64,000 nucleotides of DNA from Heptranchias perlo (taxonomy: Eukaryota). The stretch spans positions 21,018,001 to 21,082,000 of the forward strand of contig NC_090370.1 in the NCBI RefSeq assembly GCF_035084215.1, written 5' to 3'. The notes beneath the pieces were generated by a model. That model was not told where the DNA came from, did not search any database, and was given only the letters and a program-made list of their open reading frames with translations. This document shows, piece after piece, positions 26,749 to 40,289 of the stretch. The position numbers were made by a program, and so were the translations under genes. The stretch's first letter is position 1. Every line of letters begins with the position of its first letter.

Positions 26749-26927
26749 ATTTAAAATAAATTTGTTGGACTATAACTTGGTGTTGTAAAATTGTTTACAA
26801 TTGTCAACCCCAGTCCATCACCGGCATCTCCACATTATGATTATTAACGGAGAGATTCAATTGATCACTTTTGTATTTTCCACTTCACCTGTTCTTGAGT
26901 TACAAGAGATACTTTTTCTTCCTACAG

Positions 26928-27018
26928 TCAAATCCTTGAAGGACCCAGAATCAGTGTGATGTTTACTCCACCCGAGGCACAAGGAGCAGTCAGTGCAGCC
27001 AGCTCCTTCTCACACACA
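26928..27018 (+). other. Candidate 91-nt internal exon, copy 1 of 4
   Basis: CTTTTTCTTCCTACAG| acceptor and ACA|GTAAGT donor. Confidence 0.55.
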
Positions 27019-27379
27019 GTAAGTACATTATCACTCACAGAGCACAGAGACACAGACAGGTCATCAGTCCCACAATCTCAGACAGCAGAAATAGTCAGTC
27101 GCACACTGACCCCAATCCAACACTCAAACAGAGCAGGAGAGACAGACGTAATTTCCATTTCACAACGACTCAGTCCTGCTGACCGGGAGATAAATAATTC
27201 CCAGTCCAAAATCACACCCAGTATCAGATTGAAAGGCACTGTGTCAATCTCACATTAGTTCAGCCTTAGCTACAAATTAAACACCAGATAGAACTGACAC
27301 ATGGTACTGATTGATAGGTACAGAATGAATCAGAATAGTGTGCTCCAAGATTCAAATTAAATACCAGCCCACAACTCTC

Positions 27380-28640
27380 ACACATTATGAGTTTAAAGAT
27401 GCAGTATTCATGCCACTATTGTGCACTGAGATACAAATGAGATACCAGTTCAGATGTTACCCATTTTTGACTCACATATATGTCCAAAAACTTCATAGTG
27501 TCAGAATGAAATGTACAGTTTCAATTCATTCACTGCAGACTGAGGTACACATTAGATACCAGTCCAAAATTCTCATACAGTGTAAGACTGAAAGAGAGAG
27601 TATCAACCCCATTATTGCAGACTGAGCAACACATCACATACCAGTCCAAAAATCTCAGTGTCAGGTTGAAATATACAGTATCAATTCCAGAAGTGCAGAT
27701 TGAGTTCCACATTATATACCAGTCCAAAATTCGCATAAAGTATCGTACTGGAAGATACAGTATCAATCCCATTAGTGCAGACTGAGGTACACATCAGTTA
27801 CCTGTCCAAAAATCACATTCTGTCAAATGAAAGGCACAGTGTCAATTCCTTTATTGCAGACAGAGGTTCATAATAGATAACTGTCCAAAAATCTGGTACA
27901 GTATTATAGTGAAAGATATAGTGTCGATGTGATTGGTACAGAATGACCTACACGTTACATACCAGTATAAAAATCTCACACAGTATTAGACTGGAAGATA
28001 CAGTATCAATCCCATTAGTGCGGACTGAGGTACACATTAGATACCAGTCCAAAAGCCACATTCAGTGTCAAATTGAAAGATACAGTATCAATTCCATTAG
28101 TGTAGACTAAACTACACCTTACAAACCAGTCTAAATATATTACACAGTATGAGACTGAAAGGTACAGTATGAATTCCATTAGTGCAGACTGAGCTACACA
28201 TTATATATCATCCAAAAAACTCATACATTATCATACTGAAACATACAGTATGAATCCTTTTAGTGTAGACTAAGCTGCACATAACAAAGCAGTCCAAAAA
28301 TCCCTCGCTGTGTCTGACTGAAAGTTCGAGTGTCAATTCCATTGGTACAGACAGAACCACACATCACATATCAGTCCAAAAATCACATACAGTGTCAGAC
28401 TGAAATGTACAGTATCAATTCCATTAGTACAGACTGAGCGACACCGAACACACCAATCAAAAAATCTCATACAGTGTCAGACTGAAATGTACAGTATCAA
28501 TTCCATTCGTACAGACTGAGCGACACCAAACACACCGATCAAAAAATCTCATTCAGTGTCAGACTGAAAGATACAATATCAATTCCATTCGCCCAGACTG
28601 AGCGACACAATAAATACCAGTCCAATAATTTCACAGTAAA
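27380..28640. repeat. Degenerate satellite, ~82-bp unit
   Basis: AATTCCATTAGTGCAGACTGAG...ACCAGTCCAAAAATCTCATACAGTGTCAGACTGAAAGATACAGTATC; period measured from 28417 to 28499. Confidence 0.9.
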
Positions 28641-28859
28641 AGGTTGAAGTGAACATTATCTTCACAGAGATTAAGATACAATCATGCAACAAAACTCACA
28701 CATGTTGTTTGATTAAAACATAATCCAAAAGCGTATCCATATTTACACATTAATGCCGGACAAAAGATTTGCATACATTAGTGAATTAAAGACACAGTTT
28801 CAAGCACCATACTGCAACCTGAAATAAGAATACAGAACGAATCCAGACTTGCACTTTGC

Positions 28860-29410
28860 CCAGAGACTGAGTTACAGAATGAATCCCACACTGAGATAGA
28901 ATACCAGAGATTGACAGATACCGAATGAATCCCACACTCACACACATTCCCAGAGATTGACAGAAACAGAATGAATCCCACACTCACAGATAGCACCAGA
29001 GATTGACAGATACAGAATGAATCCCACACTCACACACATTCCCTGAGATTGACAGATACAGAATGAATCCCACACTCACACACATTCCCTGAGATTGACA
29101 GTTACAGAATGAATCCCACACTCACAGATAGCACCAGAGATTGACAGATACAGAATGAATCCCACACACACACATTCCCAGAGATTGACAGAAACAGAAT
29201 GAATCCCACACTCACAGATAGCACCAGAGATTGACAGATACACAATGAATCCCACACTCACACACAGTATCAGAGACTGACAGATACAGAATGAATCCCA
29301 CACTCACAGACTGTACTGGAGACTGACTGATACAGAATTAATATCACACTCACATACAGTATCAGAGACTGACAGACAGAGAATTAATCTCACACTCTCA
29401 TACAATCTGA
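28860..29410. repeat. Satellite, 46-bp unit
   Basis: GAGATTGACAGATACAGAATGAATCCCACACTCACACACATTCCCT is repeated about 12 times. Confidence 0.95.
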
Positions 29411-29782
29411 CATCTACTGGCCATAAGTGAGAACTGTAACAGAGTGGAACAAATTCACATCATCTGTCGTTGTTACAGATTCAGGACAATGTGCAATGTG
29501 AGGAAATAGTTTCTCTCTGTAACTTCTACTCTCGTATTTTTTCATATTTTTTCAGTGAAAAATTGGACAATTGATTCATAATAAAGTTTTTGTTTTGCTC
29601 ATTCGAAAGTTGCCCCATTGTATTTCACTCTGCATTGCGCAACATTTCTGTCTGATTTCTCAGGACACGATTTATATTAATCCAAATAAACCAAACTGAA
29701 ACACAAATAAAAACTGAGCGCAAATCTGGAAGTTTGAATGGCGACCGTCAAAAGTGAAAGGGACAAAATATAGAAAAAATTA

Positions 29783-29880
29783 AAACCGAAAATGCTGGAA
29801 AGACTCAGCAGGTCCGGCAGCATCTGTGGAGAAGGGAAGCTCGGGTTAACGGTTCAGGACTATGACCCTTCTCTCGATCA
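29783..29880. mobile_element. Old Penelope-like terminal fragment with a decayed hammerhead (mirror copy ~50175-50278)
   Basis: AAATGCTGGAAAGACTCAGCAGGTCCGGCAGCATCTGTGGAG...; the mirror copy shows TGAAGGGTCATCGTCCTGAACCGTTAAC. Confidence 0.5.
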
Positions 29881-30162
29881 GAAAGGTTAATCAGACATAA
29901 TTTAAATACGGAACGGGAATCAGCAGACGGAAAACCTTCAGAAAATCAATTAATTTCACTGAATCCGAGCAATTGAGTCCCGTATCCACCATTCAGATCA
30001 GGGCAAGTAATAATACAAAGGAACACAGTTAAATTCAACGTTATGGGGGAAATAAATGAATTTTAGAAGTATTTTTACATGAATTAGACCCGTTTGTGTT
30101 TTGGAAACACGATCACTCTGAACATCGTCAAATTCAGTTCCAGTCTTGGTGTTTCTGAATTC

Positions 30163-30227
30163 AGCGTGCTGGGATTCAAATCTGTTGGAATTAACTGCTT
30201 GGAAGGCAGCTATACTCACCATTATAG
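30163..30227 (-). pseudogene. tRNA-Gly(TCC) D/anticodon-arm fragment
   Basis: Minus strand reads TGGTGAGTATAGCTGCCTTCCAAGCAGTT; acceptor stem absent. Confidence 0.65.
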
Positions 30228-30529
30228 TGCCTTATTTCACCAGGAGGGAGAAGTCGAGTGTTTCTGTGGAGTTTCGCACTGAATTGCTCCCTTTGGGTTT
30301 CTGGCACTTTAATCATAGACAATAAATAGTTCCCAAACATCAGCCCCTGAACAGACACAAGAAGCTGGTGGAATTTCTCATTCATAGATATTAAATAAGA
30401 GGATGGCAAAAGCGAATAGGAAGAGGTTCGGAAGAAGTCACCAAAACAATTAGGGAAGCAAACAGGAACCACGAAATCAAATTATCAAGGAATATAAAAA
30501 TAAATAGTAAATTATTCCACTGACACAAA

Positions 30530-31345
30530 AATATCAAAAGGAAAATCAGAATATCTTGAGTGCCACGAAGGGATGCACAAGATAAACTCACAGATAACGT
30601 CAGCGAAATGGCAGAAATATTGAATTGTGACATTGTCTCAGTATTTACCCGGGAGATTAACAGGGTGAATATATTAGAGGAAGAGGTCAATAAAGATATC
30701 AAGGCATTTAAGTTAGAAAGGGTGGTTAAACTCCCGGTCCAGATAGATTGCATCTGTGCATATTAAATGAAGCAAGGGTAGAGATAGCAGAGGCACTGTT
30801 ACATATATAGGAAAAAATCATCACAAAAAGGAACAGTGCCAGAGGACTGGATGACAGCTAATGTGATTCTTATATTTTAAATCAGGTGAAAGAACAAGTC
30901 CAGGGAACGATAGACCAGTTAACGAAAGGTCGGTGGTAGGAATGATCATGGAATCTTTTACTCAATGATGCAACAGAAAAACATCTCGAAACCGAAAATA
31001 TAATAAAACAGTTTGACAGAAGGTTTGACAGTTTAAATTACAGTTCAACATAACTTATTTGCTTTTCAATTCTCTTCCTCGAGAAATAAACCCCAGTGCT
31101 TTGTTCGCTTTTTATGGCCTTATCAACTTGTGTTGCTACTTTTAATGATTTGTCAATCTGTACCCCTAAATCCCTTGCTTTTACCCCATTTAGACTCTTA
31201 TTTTCCAAGCAGTATATGGCCTCCTTATCCCGCCTAGCCAAATGCACCACCTCACACCTTTCTATATGGAAATTCAATGGCCATTTACACCGCCTTTCGG
31301 CAAGCTTATTAATTCTTCTTGTATCGGCTATACCCCCTAAATTAA
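30530..31345. mobile_element. Old CR1 ORF2 fragments in both orientations (mirror at ~48650-49510)
   Basis: EMAEILN...SVFTRE and VPEDW..ANV on the plus strand; NFHIERCEVVH...RDLGVQIDKSLKVATQV on the minus strand. Confidence 0.75.
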
Positions 31346-31609
31346 TTACAAGGATTTAACACAGCATTACAACTAATGTTTGATCTAACAAAATATACTT
31401 GCAACTCGTCTCCATTCCCAGTTTTTCTAAATCCCACTCGTGCAATATAATGTGAAGAATTAGTTTCTGTTCTGTCCCTCTCTCATCTGCAAACTTCACT
31501 GTCCCGGGGTTTGGGGACATCTACTGGCCGGAAGCAGAACTGCAACAGTTCGGAACAAATTGCTGAAACCGGACAATGTGCAGTGTGAGCGTGTTTGTGA
31601 TTGGTGGCA

Positions 31610-31760
31610 GTTATTAAATCAGATTGGATATCTGACGAAACCAATCAGAGAGTTACAGTTAATAATTATTGAGACCTCACTCCGAATGACCCAATCACAA
31701 TCATTGCCTTCCCCCATCCCTCATTACCATAGGGCTGTGGGGCTGCCTATTTAATCCGAG
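31610..31760 (+). promoter_or_regulatory. H2B promoter
   Basis: CCAAT boxes at ~31641 and ~31691, an octamer-like CTCATTACCAT, and TATTTAA at ~31748. Confidence 0.65.
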
Positions 31761-31807
31761 CTCGGAGGGAATTTGTGTCATTTCTCAGTCTGAAATTGAG
31801 TTTGAAA

Positions 31808-32182
31808 ATGCCTGAGGACAAGAAAGCAGCTCCCAAGAAGGGCGCCAAGAAAACCTTGAGTAAAGCACCAGCCAAAGGCGGCAAGAAGCGGAGAAAGTCG
31901 AGGAAGGAGAGTTACTCCATCTACATCTACAAAGTGATGAAGCAGGTTCACCCCGACACCGGCATCTCCTCCAAGGCCATGAGCATCATGAACTCCTTTG
32001 TGACCGATATTTTCGAGCGCATCGCAGGTGAGGCTTCCCGCCTGGCCCATTACAACAAGCGGGCAACTATCAGTTCCCGGGAGATCCAGACCGCCGTGCG
32101 CCTGCTGCTGCCCGGGGAACTGGCCAAGCACGCCGTGTCAGAAGGGACAAAGGCGGTGACCAAATACACCAGCTCCAAGTAA
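31808..32182 (+). CDS. H2B: Histone H2B (124 aa), replication-dependent
   Basis: [15 protein letters not shown]...[27 protein letters not shown]...[10 protein letters not shown]; intronless. Confidence 0.97.
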   Translation: MPEDKKAAPKKGAKKTLSKAPAKGGKKRRKSRKESYSIYIYKVMKQVHPDTGISSKAMSIMNSFVTDIFERIAGEASRLAHYNKRATISSREIQTAVRLLLPGELAKHAVSEGTKAVTKYTSSK

Positions 32183-32213
32183 AACTCCACAATGAACTGA
32201 AAAAAAAAACAAC

Positions 32214-32254
32214 GGCTCTTTTAAGAGCCACCCACAACCTCTCTGAAAGAGCTG
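32214..32254 (+). terminator. Histone 3' stem-loop and downstream element
   Basis: GGCTCTTTTAAGAGCC-ACCCA, then GAAAGAGCTG. Confidence 0.95.
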
Positions 32255-33078
32255 CATTTCCTGTATATTTAATTAGGATCATTTTATTGCAGCAATATTA
32301 TTATTCCAATCGAAAAGTGACTCGAACTACCCCGTTCAAATCCCTGGCCCCTAAAATGAACACGAGTTTATGATCCGCTCCTTCCCATTTGTTTTGATCT
32401 TAAAGCATCACTATTCTGGCCTCTCATCCCCTTTATGGCCCCCTCAGCAATTCCGTTCTATGAATGCAGTTTCTGAAATATTTATGGACTGACGTGAAAA
32501 TCCCCAGATTAACAGTAACCCCACCCCTTGCAGTAACAGCGGAATCGGGGCAGAATGAGAGCTCTGTCCTGGTCCCTCTTTTCACAGAAGCACTCCCGGC
32601 TCTGAGAAGGGACCAATCTGTAACGTTTCACTTTTCTAAAGACTAAAGTCAAATGTGTCCTTTCACGGAATGCTGTGAATGGGGCTTTAGTCCCGTCCGG
32701 TGCAGTTTGAAAGCGATGGTCGAATGAGCCATAATGTAAAGCAGATTTTAAAACAGAGCGAGCGATTAGTGACGGGGAGCGCTGAATAAGACAAGATAAA
32801 AAGACCAAAGAACGGGTTTAAAATCTTGTGCTCAGGGCGACATTGATCGAAATCCGATCCTTCACTGCACTGAAATTGGCGGGCTTTTTGAAATTCATAA
32901 AATTCCTGGTCTGACCGTTGAGGCCGGTAAATCCCGCCCTCTTCTAATTTCCAGCTACCTGGTTGGTTAATGAAATAGGCAAATGAGGTGTAATAAGGTA
33001 CAACCAATCAGATGATCTTTCAGTCTTTGAGAAGGGTCAAATCAGAAGTCATTCCTCATTCTTTGTGAGATTGTGAAC

Positions 33079-33513
<435 letters not shown>

Positions 33514-34254
33514 ACCCACTGTATCTTTGAAATGGCCGGTTACTGACTGAAGAGAGTCAGGAATCAATTTAATAAGGACTTATTATTCCGATTCTCGAAC
33601 TAACAATAACTTATTAATTACAAATGATCCAGATCGGTCTGTTGAAGTACTCGCTTCCGGACAGCAGATGTCGCCAACCTCCAATAGATTGATATTTGCA
33701 GTTTGTGTGGTGAATGAGACAAAATATCAAAATTGTCATTAAACTGGGCGGGTGGGACACAGAAATACCAGGGACATTTGATCATCGGCATCAAGAGGCA
33801 TTCTGTTGTGTTCCACACAATATTATTTACAGTCTCATCCTCCGACAACACTTGCTCGGTCTGTGTTATTTTACCCAGATTTGTGCAACAGAAGCTGACT
33901 GATGTGTTGAATATTGTGTCAGCGATTGCTGAATCAAGAATGTGAGTGAAATTTGCCCGTGTTATTGGATGTGATTGAGGGATTGATTCTGTCCCTGTAT
34001 CAGTTACGAGTGTTAGTGAATGTAACACTAATGTTTTACACTGCTTCTGATTCTAGCGCTGATAGAGAGCAAGACACACTGCCTTTCGATCTATTAGTGC
34101 GAGTTGCATTGAAACAGCCTCTGCCACTATATCTGCAGGGGGAGAATAGACTGAAACGTTATATGATCCGAGTCTGATTCCTTACATCCAGCATGGGTTT
34201 CAGTTCCCGTCCGATTGCACCTGTCCTTCAGTGCTGGACTCAAATGTCCAGTAA

Positions 34255-34335
34255 ATTGTTGGAGTGAGGCTTGAACTTTGAAACCCCTGACTCCGACATT
34301 CGAGTGTTTCCAACCGAGCCAAGCTGACACGACAT
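34255..34335 (-). mobile_element. Degenerate tRNA-derived SINE head
   Basis: Minus strand reads GTGTCAGCTTGGCTCGGTTGG...GAGTCAG...GTTCAAGCCTCACTCCA, with A-box and B-box remnants. Confidence 0.5.
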
Positions 34336-34828
34336 TGGAAATGAGAACTTGTATCTCTCGTGCTTTCCACGAGTCCCTCTCTGTACATATGTCCCAGTAA
34401 GTTTGACACTGGGGGTGTATGTACCTCATGTGAAAGAGTGGGGTCGGAATCAGAACTTTCTGCAGCTGTTTGCCAGAACTTTCTCTGTCCGAATGAGGCA
34501 CTGGTGGTGATGAGAGTCAGTCTGATGGAATTCACCTCCCTCCAGTCCTGCGTGTGTGTGAAAATGAAACTGTCTCCGTTTCAAATTCCTCATGTTGGTC
34601 AGTCTGGAATTGGCACTCCTCTCTGGTGCTGAATCTTCGTCCAAAATGAACAGCAGCTGTTTCTGCCACAAAACGGAGATTGGCTCTGTTCCCATCTCTC
34701 CGCTGTTATGATGGGCCAACAGATTGTCAGGCCTTGCGTCTGACATCCGCTCACTCCCCTTTATGCATTTCCCATTTAATCAAATTTCTGTGAACTGCAC
34801 GGCCCTGCGATTTCAACCCCAGAGATCA

Positions 34829-34869
34829 CAGCTCTTTCCTTTGCTGATTTGGTGGCTCTGAAAAGAGCC
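34829..34869 (-). terminator. H3 3' stem-loop and downstream element
   Basis: GGCTCTTTTCAGAGCC (34854-34869), then GAAAGAGCTG. Confidence 0.95.
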
Positions 34870-34902
34870 TTTGTTGCACTTGGTGCTGAAGGCGGGTCGG
34901 GT

Positions 34903-35442
<540 letters not shown>

Positions 35443-36150
35443 TCAGGGAGGGACCGCCCCTGGCCTGTGATTGGCAGGTTTGAACCGAAGTCTGACAGTC
35501 AGAACGAAACGGCGGGAGGTCTTGAGCCCCAATTTCAAAAAGCCCGCCAATTTCAGAGCATCAAATAACAGTTTGAAGAAAATCTCATTTCCCTCCAGCA
35601 ATTTAAGAATCTCTCTCTTTATAATCTCCATTATTTGCCACTCCTCAGCTCAAATCTCAGGCTGATTCACATTCCGGTTCATTCTCTGACCTGTCTGTGA
35701 ACGGGCGGGAATAAAGTCCCGGTCATTGCTTTCCGTCGGAAGCGGGACAAAGTCCAGCTTCGATTTCAAAAATCCCGCCAGTTCCGGCCCGGTGAACGGC
35801 TCCTCAAACAGAAACTTCACATCGAACTGATATTTGAATGAGGGCAAGAAATATACACCGAGCAGAGAGGACACAGCGGGAGAGGGAGTGAGGAGGGATT
35901 TTACTCTGAGGGAAGAATGTAATGTCTGTGGAAAGACTCTGCATCCCCGCCTGTTCATTTGTACCGTGAAAACGGGAATTCCGCTCCTTCTCTCGCGATG
36001 GCCGAGAACCCCGGCCATTTTTCTGATCTCCCTGTAACGAGTGCTGGAGAAATCTCCCCATATTAATAGAATATCGGAAACTACTTCCCCACCCCGAGAT
36101 CGTCCCACTCCCCCTTCCCAGGTCACTGCTCTCTCTGTGAGGCGGTGGGT

Positions 36151-36166
36151 GGCTCTTAGAAGAGCC
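36151..36166 (-). terminator. H4 3' stem-loop
   Basis: GGCTCTTCTAAGAGCC-ACCCA on the minus strand. Confidence 0.95.
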
Positions 36167-36201
36167 TTTGTTTTGTGTTTGGTTGGAAAGGGTCGAGTCG
36201 T

Positions 36202-36522
<321 letters not shown>

Positions 36523-36557
36523 TCACTGAAATGAACAGCTAAATCGTGCTGGTTCCC

Positions 36558-36760
36558 TTTTTTATGCAGACTGCCCCGACCTGACTGAAACATGCACAGA
36601 GTGAAAGTGGGAGGGGAGGAGACAAGTGAGATATTAAACAGGGAGGGGAGGAGACAGAGTGAGATATTAAACAGGGAGGGGAGGAGACAGAGTGAGAAAT
36701 TAAACAGGGAGGGGAGGAGACAGAGTGAGATTAAACAGGGAGGGGAGGAGAGAATCAGAG
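36558..36760 (-). promoter_or_regulatory. H4 promoter with a site-II-like motif and a ~37-bp purine-rich tandem repeat
   Basis: Minus strand TTTCAGTCAGGTCG (36577-36590), then CATAAAA; GAGGGGAGGAGACAGAGTGAGATATTAAACAGG about 4 times at 36610-36755. Confidence 0.6.
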
Positions 36761-37428
36761 TGATGAACAGAGCGGAGAGCGGTCTCTGATCTTCCAGCTC
36801 CACCTCCAGCTTTCTCCACCCGCCAATTTTAAACCGTTCATCGATAATAGAACCGAATCACAGCGCTCCGCACAAACCCTGACAGACTCGGGCTTCATAT
36901 TCAAGGATTTACAGAAACCCGGAGCTTTTAAATAAGCCCCGTTACAATTATCAGTCAGTAATAATCCTGCCTAAATACAGTCCCTTCTGTAACTGGTCAA
37001 CCCGCCTGCTTCCATTTCAGCCCCAGACCCGATTCTATCTCCCACACATTCCCTCCCAGACGGGTTCAGCAGTTTACAAACACATTATTCCAGCTGATTT
37101 GGAGAATCTCATGTGTTGGGGTTTGAATTGTGATAGCGGCGGATCTCCGCCAGTTTTCCCCTGTCACGGACCCTGGCCATGAATCTGTGAGAAAAAGAAT
37201 GAACTGGGACTGGAGGTGAACACGCCCCCAGTTACAGTGAGGCCCGGCCCGGGTATCCCATTCTCTCTATTTTATATCAGACAGTGGGAGTGGGGCGGGG
37301 GTAGCGAATGTCAGCGAGTCACCAGGACCCTGGGTTTATTGTAAATGAGTTCTATCTGAAATCTGAGCCCGGCCCCTGGACAGGAATCATCTGATTCCGG
37401 GATCAGCTCTTTTCTGAGAGACGTGGGT

Positions 37429-37444
37429 GGCTCTGAGAAGAGCC
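37429..37444 (-). terminator. H1 3' stem-loop
   Basis: GGCTCTTCTCAGAGCC-ACCCA, with AAAAGAGCTG downstream. Confidence 0.95.
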
Positions 37445-37480
37445 GTTGGGTTCAGATGTTCACAAGTTGCACTTGATTTT

Positions 37481-38122
37481 TTACTTCTTTTTGCCTGCTG
37501 CTTTCTTCGGTTTGGGCTTGGCGCTCGGTTTTTGTACCTTCTTCGCCTTCGCCTTTACTGGCTTGGGGGTCTTGGGCTTCTTCACAGCCGCTTTCTTCTT
37601 AATTGGTGATTTCGCCGCCTTCTTTGTGGTCGATTTCTTGACAGCTGTTTTCTTGACCGCTGGTTTCTTGGCCGTTAATTTCCTGGCCGCTGGTTTCTTG
37701 GCCGTTAATTTCCTGCCCGCTGGTTTCTTGGCCGCTGGTTTCTTTCCGGGAGATTTCTTGCTTCCTTGTTTCTTCACCTTCTTTCCCACTTTTTCCTGGG
37801 CTTCCTTCTTAGCGACTCTGAAGGAGCCCGAGGCGCCCGTGCCCTTGATCTGCACCAGGGAGCCTTTTTCCACATTTCTCTTGATACTTAATTTGATCTG
37901 GGTCCGGTGCTTCTCCACATCCAGGCCTTTGGTAGCCAGAATCTTCTTTATCGCGGCCAGGGATATCCCCTTGCGATCCTTGCAATCCGCCACAATCTTG
38001 AGGATCTGTTCGCCCAATTTGGGACCGGCTGTCTTGGGTCGGTGAACCGCCTTCTTCTTCTTCGGAGCATTGGTTTGAGCGGCGGCGGGAGGTGCCGTTT
38101 CGGCGGCTGCAGTATCTGTCAT
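37481..38122 (-). CDS. H1: Linker histone H1 (213 aa)
   Basis: [11 protein letters not shown]...; globular domain GISLAAIKK...[17 protein letters not shown]; Lys/Ala/Pro-rich tail. H1-box AAACACA at 38267-38273 and GC box at 38221. Confidence 0.95.
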   Translation of the reverse strand: MTDTAAAETAPPAAAQTNAPKKKKAVHRPKTAGPKLGEQILKIVADCKDRKGISLAAIKKILATKGLDVEKHRTQIKLSIKRNVEKGSLVQIKGTGASGSFRVAKKEAQEKVGKKVKKQGSKKSPGKKPAAKKPAGRKLTAKKPAARKLTAKKPAVKKTAVKKSTTKKAAKSPIKKKAAVKKPKTPKPVKAKAKKVQKPSAKPKPKKAAGKKK

Positions 38123-39224
38123 GTCCGGGACTCTGAAGAAAAACTCTCTGACAGTCAGAGCTGGGTCAGAAATGAAACGAGAGGCGGCGGCACAGAGCAA
38201 CTTAAAGGCCCAGAGCGGACGGGGCGGAGACAACCTGCTGTCAGCTCCCGGCACCTCCAGCCTCTCTGTGTTTCTCTCTCCTCTTAAACTACCCGATTCT
38301 AATTATAATCGGGCACTCCAGAGTCCCAGACTAGCCCCTTCCCATCTCCAACACCGGAATGTTTGCTGTCGAAAAACTTTCACCGGAATTAAAAGCACCA
38401 GTTTCGATTTAAACCCGTTTCATTGCTGCACTGATCGCGCTCTCTCACCCGATCGCTGACATGATTTCTGTTTTTCGGCTGAAATCTTGAATTGGACAAA
38501 AACCGTACCTTTAATTTTCACTTCGGGTCTCGGCAGGGGAGGAGGGCGATCCTTTGACAGGGATTTTTTAAAAAATACTCAAAAGGGACTGGGACATCCG
38601 GCGATGAGACCGGCCACACAAACACAATGGCATTAATCTAACCCGCCCGCCCATTTCACACACTCTCTCTGACACAATGTTCACATCTGTACATTCACAG
38701 GACAAACTGTTCTCCAGATTGACAATTCCCGGGACAGGCTTTCCTCCCCGCTCGGCCTGTGCTGCGGATTCTCGGGGGTTGGTTGTCGTTTCCCAGCTCA
38801 GGAACTGTTAAACACTCTGAGGCCGGCGCTCCTCACAGTCTCTGGTCTCCAGATTCAGGGACAGGAGCCAATCACAGCTCTGGCTGTGATAATCCATATC
38901 TGCTTTTACATTATTGTATTGTTCGCACACAGAAATATGTTTGGTTAAGTTGAAAATTCAAATTATCCGCTCTGGGCTCCTCCAGTCTCTCTGTGTTTCC
39001 TTCTCCTGCTAAACTGACTGACAGGCAATAGTAACTGGTGTCTGATCCATCCCATTCTCAACACACAGAGACGGCTCGTTACTGAATAAATTCAACACTC
39101 ACAGACAGTCCGGAGTCAGACTGTTACAGGCTGTTTCTCGCCACCTTTACTTTTCGGCGGATAAATGCACCGTCAGACCGGCTCATATACAGTAGAAGGG
39201 AGAGTAATCGTCTCACCAACAGCA

Positions 39225-39560
39225 CACAGACACAGAATCAGTCTCTCACATTCCATCAGTGGGTCTATATTACGCTCAGTAACAGTGCCCCGCATTCATG
39301 TGCAGAAATTAAGCGAGAGAGAGAGAGAGAGACGGAGCGGCTGATAAACGCACAGAGACACAGTCAGACAGACGCAGAATCAGTCTCACACATCCCATCA
39401 ATGTGTCCGTTTCACGCTCAGTAAACATTATCGCAGCTTCATGTACAGCGCTCGAGAGAGAGAGATACAGACAGGCACAGTATCAGTCTCACACTTCCCA
39501 TCAATGTGTCTGTATCATGCTCAATAACAGTATCGCACCTCCAGATAAAGTACAAGAGAG
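39225..39560. repeat. Three degenerate ~100-140-bp units
   Basis: CAG(A/T)ATCAGTCTC(TC)ACA...CCATCA.TG.GTC...GCTCA.TAA occurs at ~39233, ~39375 and ~39478. Confidence 0.6.
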
Positions 39561-40289
39561 ACAGAGAAACTGAGCTGTAATGAGCGGTTTTCACCCAGTA
39601 CCAAATTGGGAATCATTCCATTCCAATTACTATTCCAAGGTTGAATGACAGAAGATGCAGTCTCATCTGTAACTGATCTTATTCCAGAGACAGACACGTT
39701 ATTAATCCCACTCTCAGGGACAGTGTCACACATTTAATCCTCTCTTGCAGATTGTACTCTCTGCAATCTTGCAGCAGAGGGCCGTTCAGTATTACTCTCA
39801 GTGACCGAGAGTTTCACTCCGATTGAAATAAACTGGGACTGTGGCCGTCAGATATTCATCCTGCACAGTCCCAGCAAATACACCGAGTCCCACTTTCCTC
39901 CCATGTTTCTCCAGGATTGGTTTGAGAAATCCTCCCTCCAGTTTCGGGTTAACGCGTTGCTTTATCAGTAGAGGAACCAAGAATGAACAGAGATAACTTG
40001 GCTCATTCCACAGCCGCCCAAGTTATCTATGTTGGACCCTTTACCATCAAAATATACCGAGAGAAACAGCAGGGATGGAAACATCTCGTTCAACAGTTGG
40101 AGATTGTAAAGTCAGTCTGGATTCCAGCGTTCGGCACTGGTGGAATCCCATCTGTTTTCAATTCTGGTGCCTGTTCCTGCACTGCCTGTGGACCCCATTC
40201 CCTCTGACCTTTCCCCCACTTCCTTTGCTCAGACTCTGAAAAATTCCAATTGGGAAAAATTTCCACCGATTTTTGTATTGGGAATTAAA

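Larger units (their letters stand above)
26018..26836. mobile_element. Truncated Penelope-like retroelement with a GIY-YIG fragment, inverted terminal copies and an 11-bp TSD
   Basis: NVVYLIRCRKGCPRAWYIGETMQTLRQRMNGHR...PVGEHF. ~26018-26125 is the reverse complement of ~26692-26802. ATGATTATTAA occurs at 26007 and 26837. The empty site is present in the paralog at ~52800-52830. Confidence 0.9.

Noticed and set aside
27380-29410. Regularly spaced repeats as a CRISPR array
   Set aside because: There are no unique spacers, the units are degenerate tandem copies, the context is eukaryotic and no cas genes are present.
31778-31807. TTTCTCAG as a splice acceptor feeding the cassette transcript into H2B
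   Set aside because: The AG is absent at the equivalent position of the intact 48207 copy (TTTCTGGG), so direct splicing into H2B is unsupported.
38123-38254. N-terminal extensions of H1 (and of H2A, H2B, H3) in the ORF track
   Set aside because: They begin at non-ATG codons in promoter or 5' UTR sequence; the canonical ATGs were used instead.
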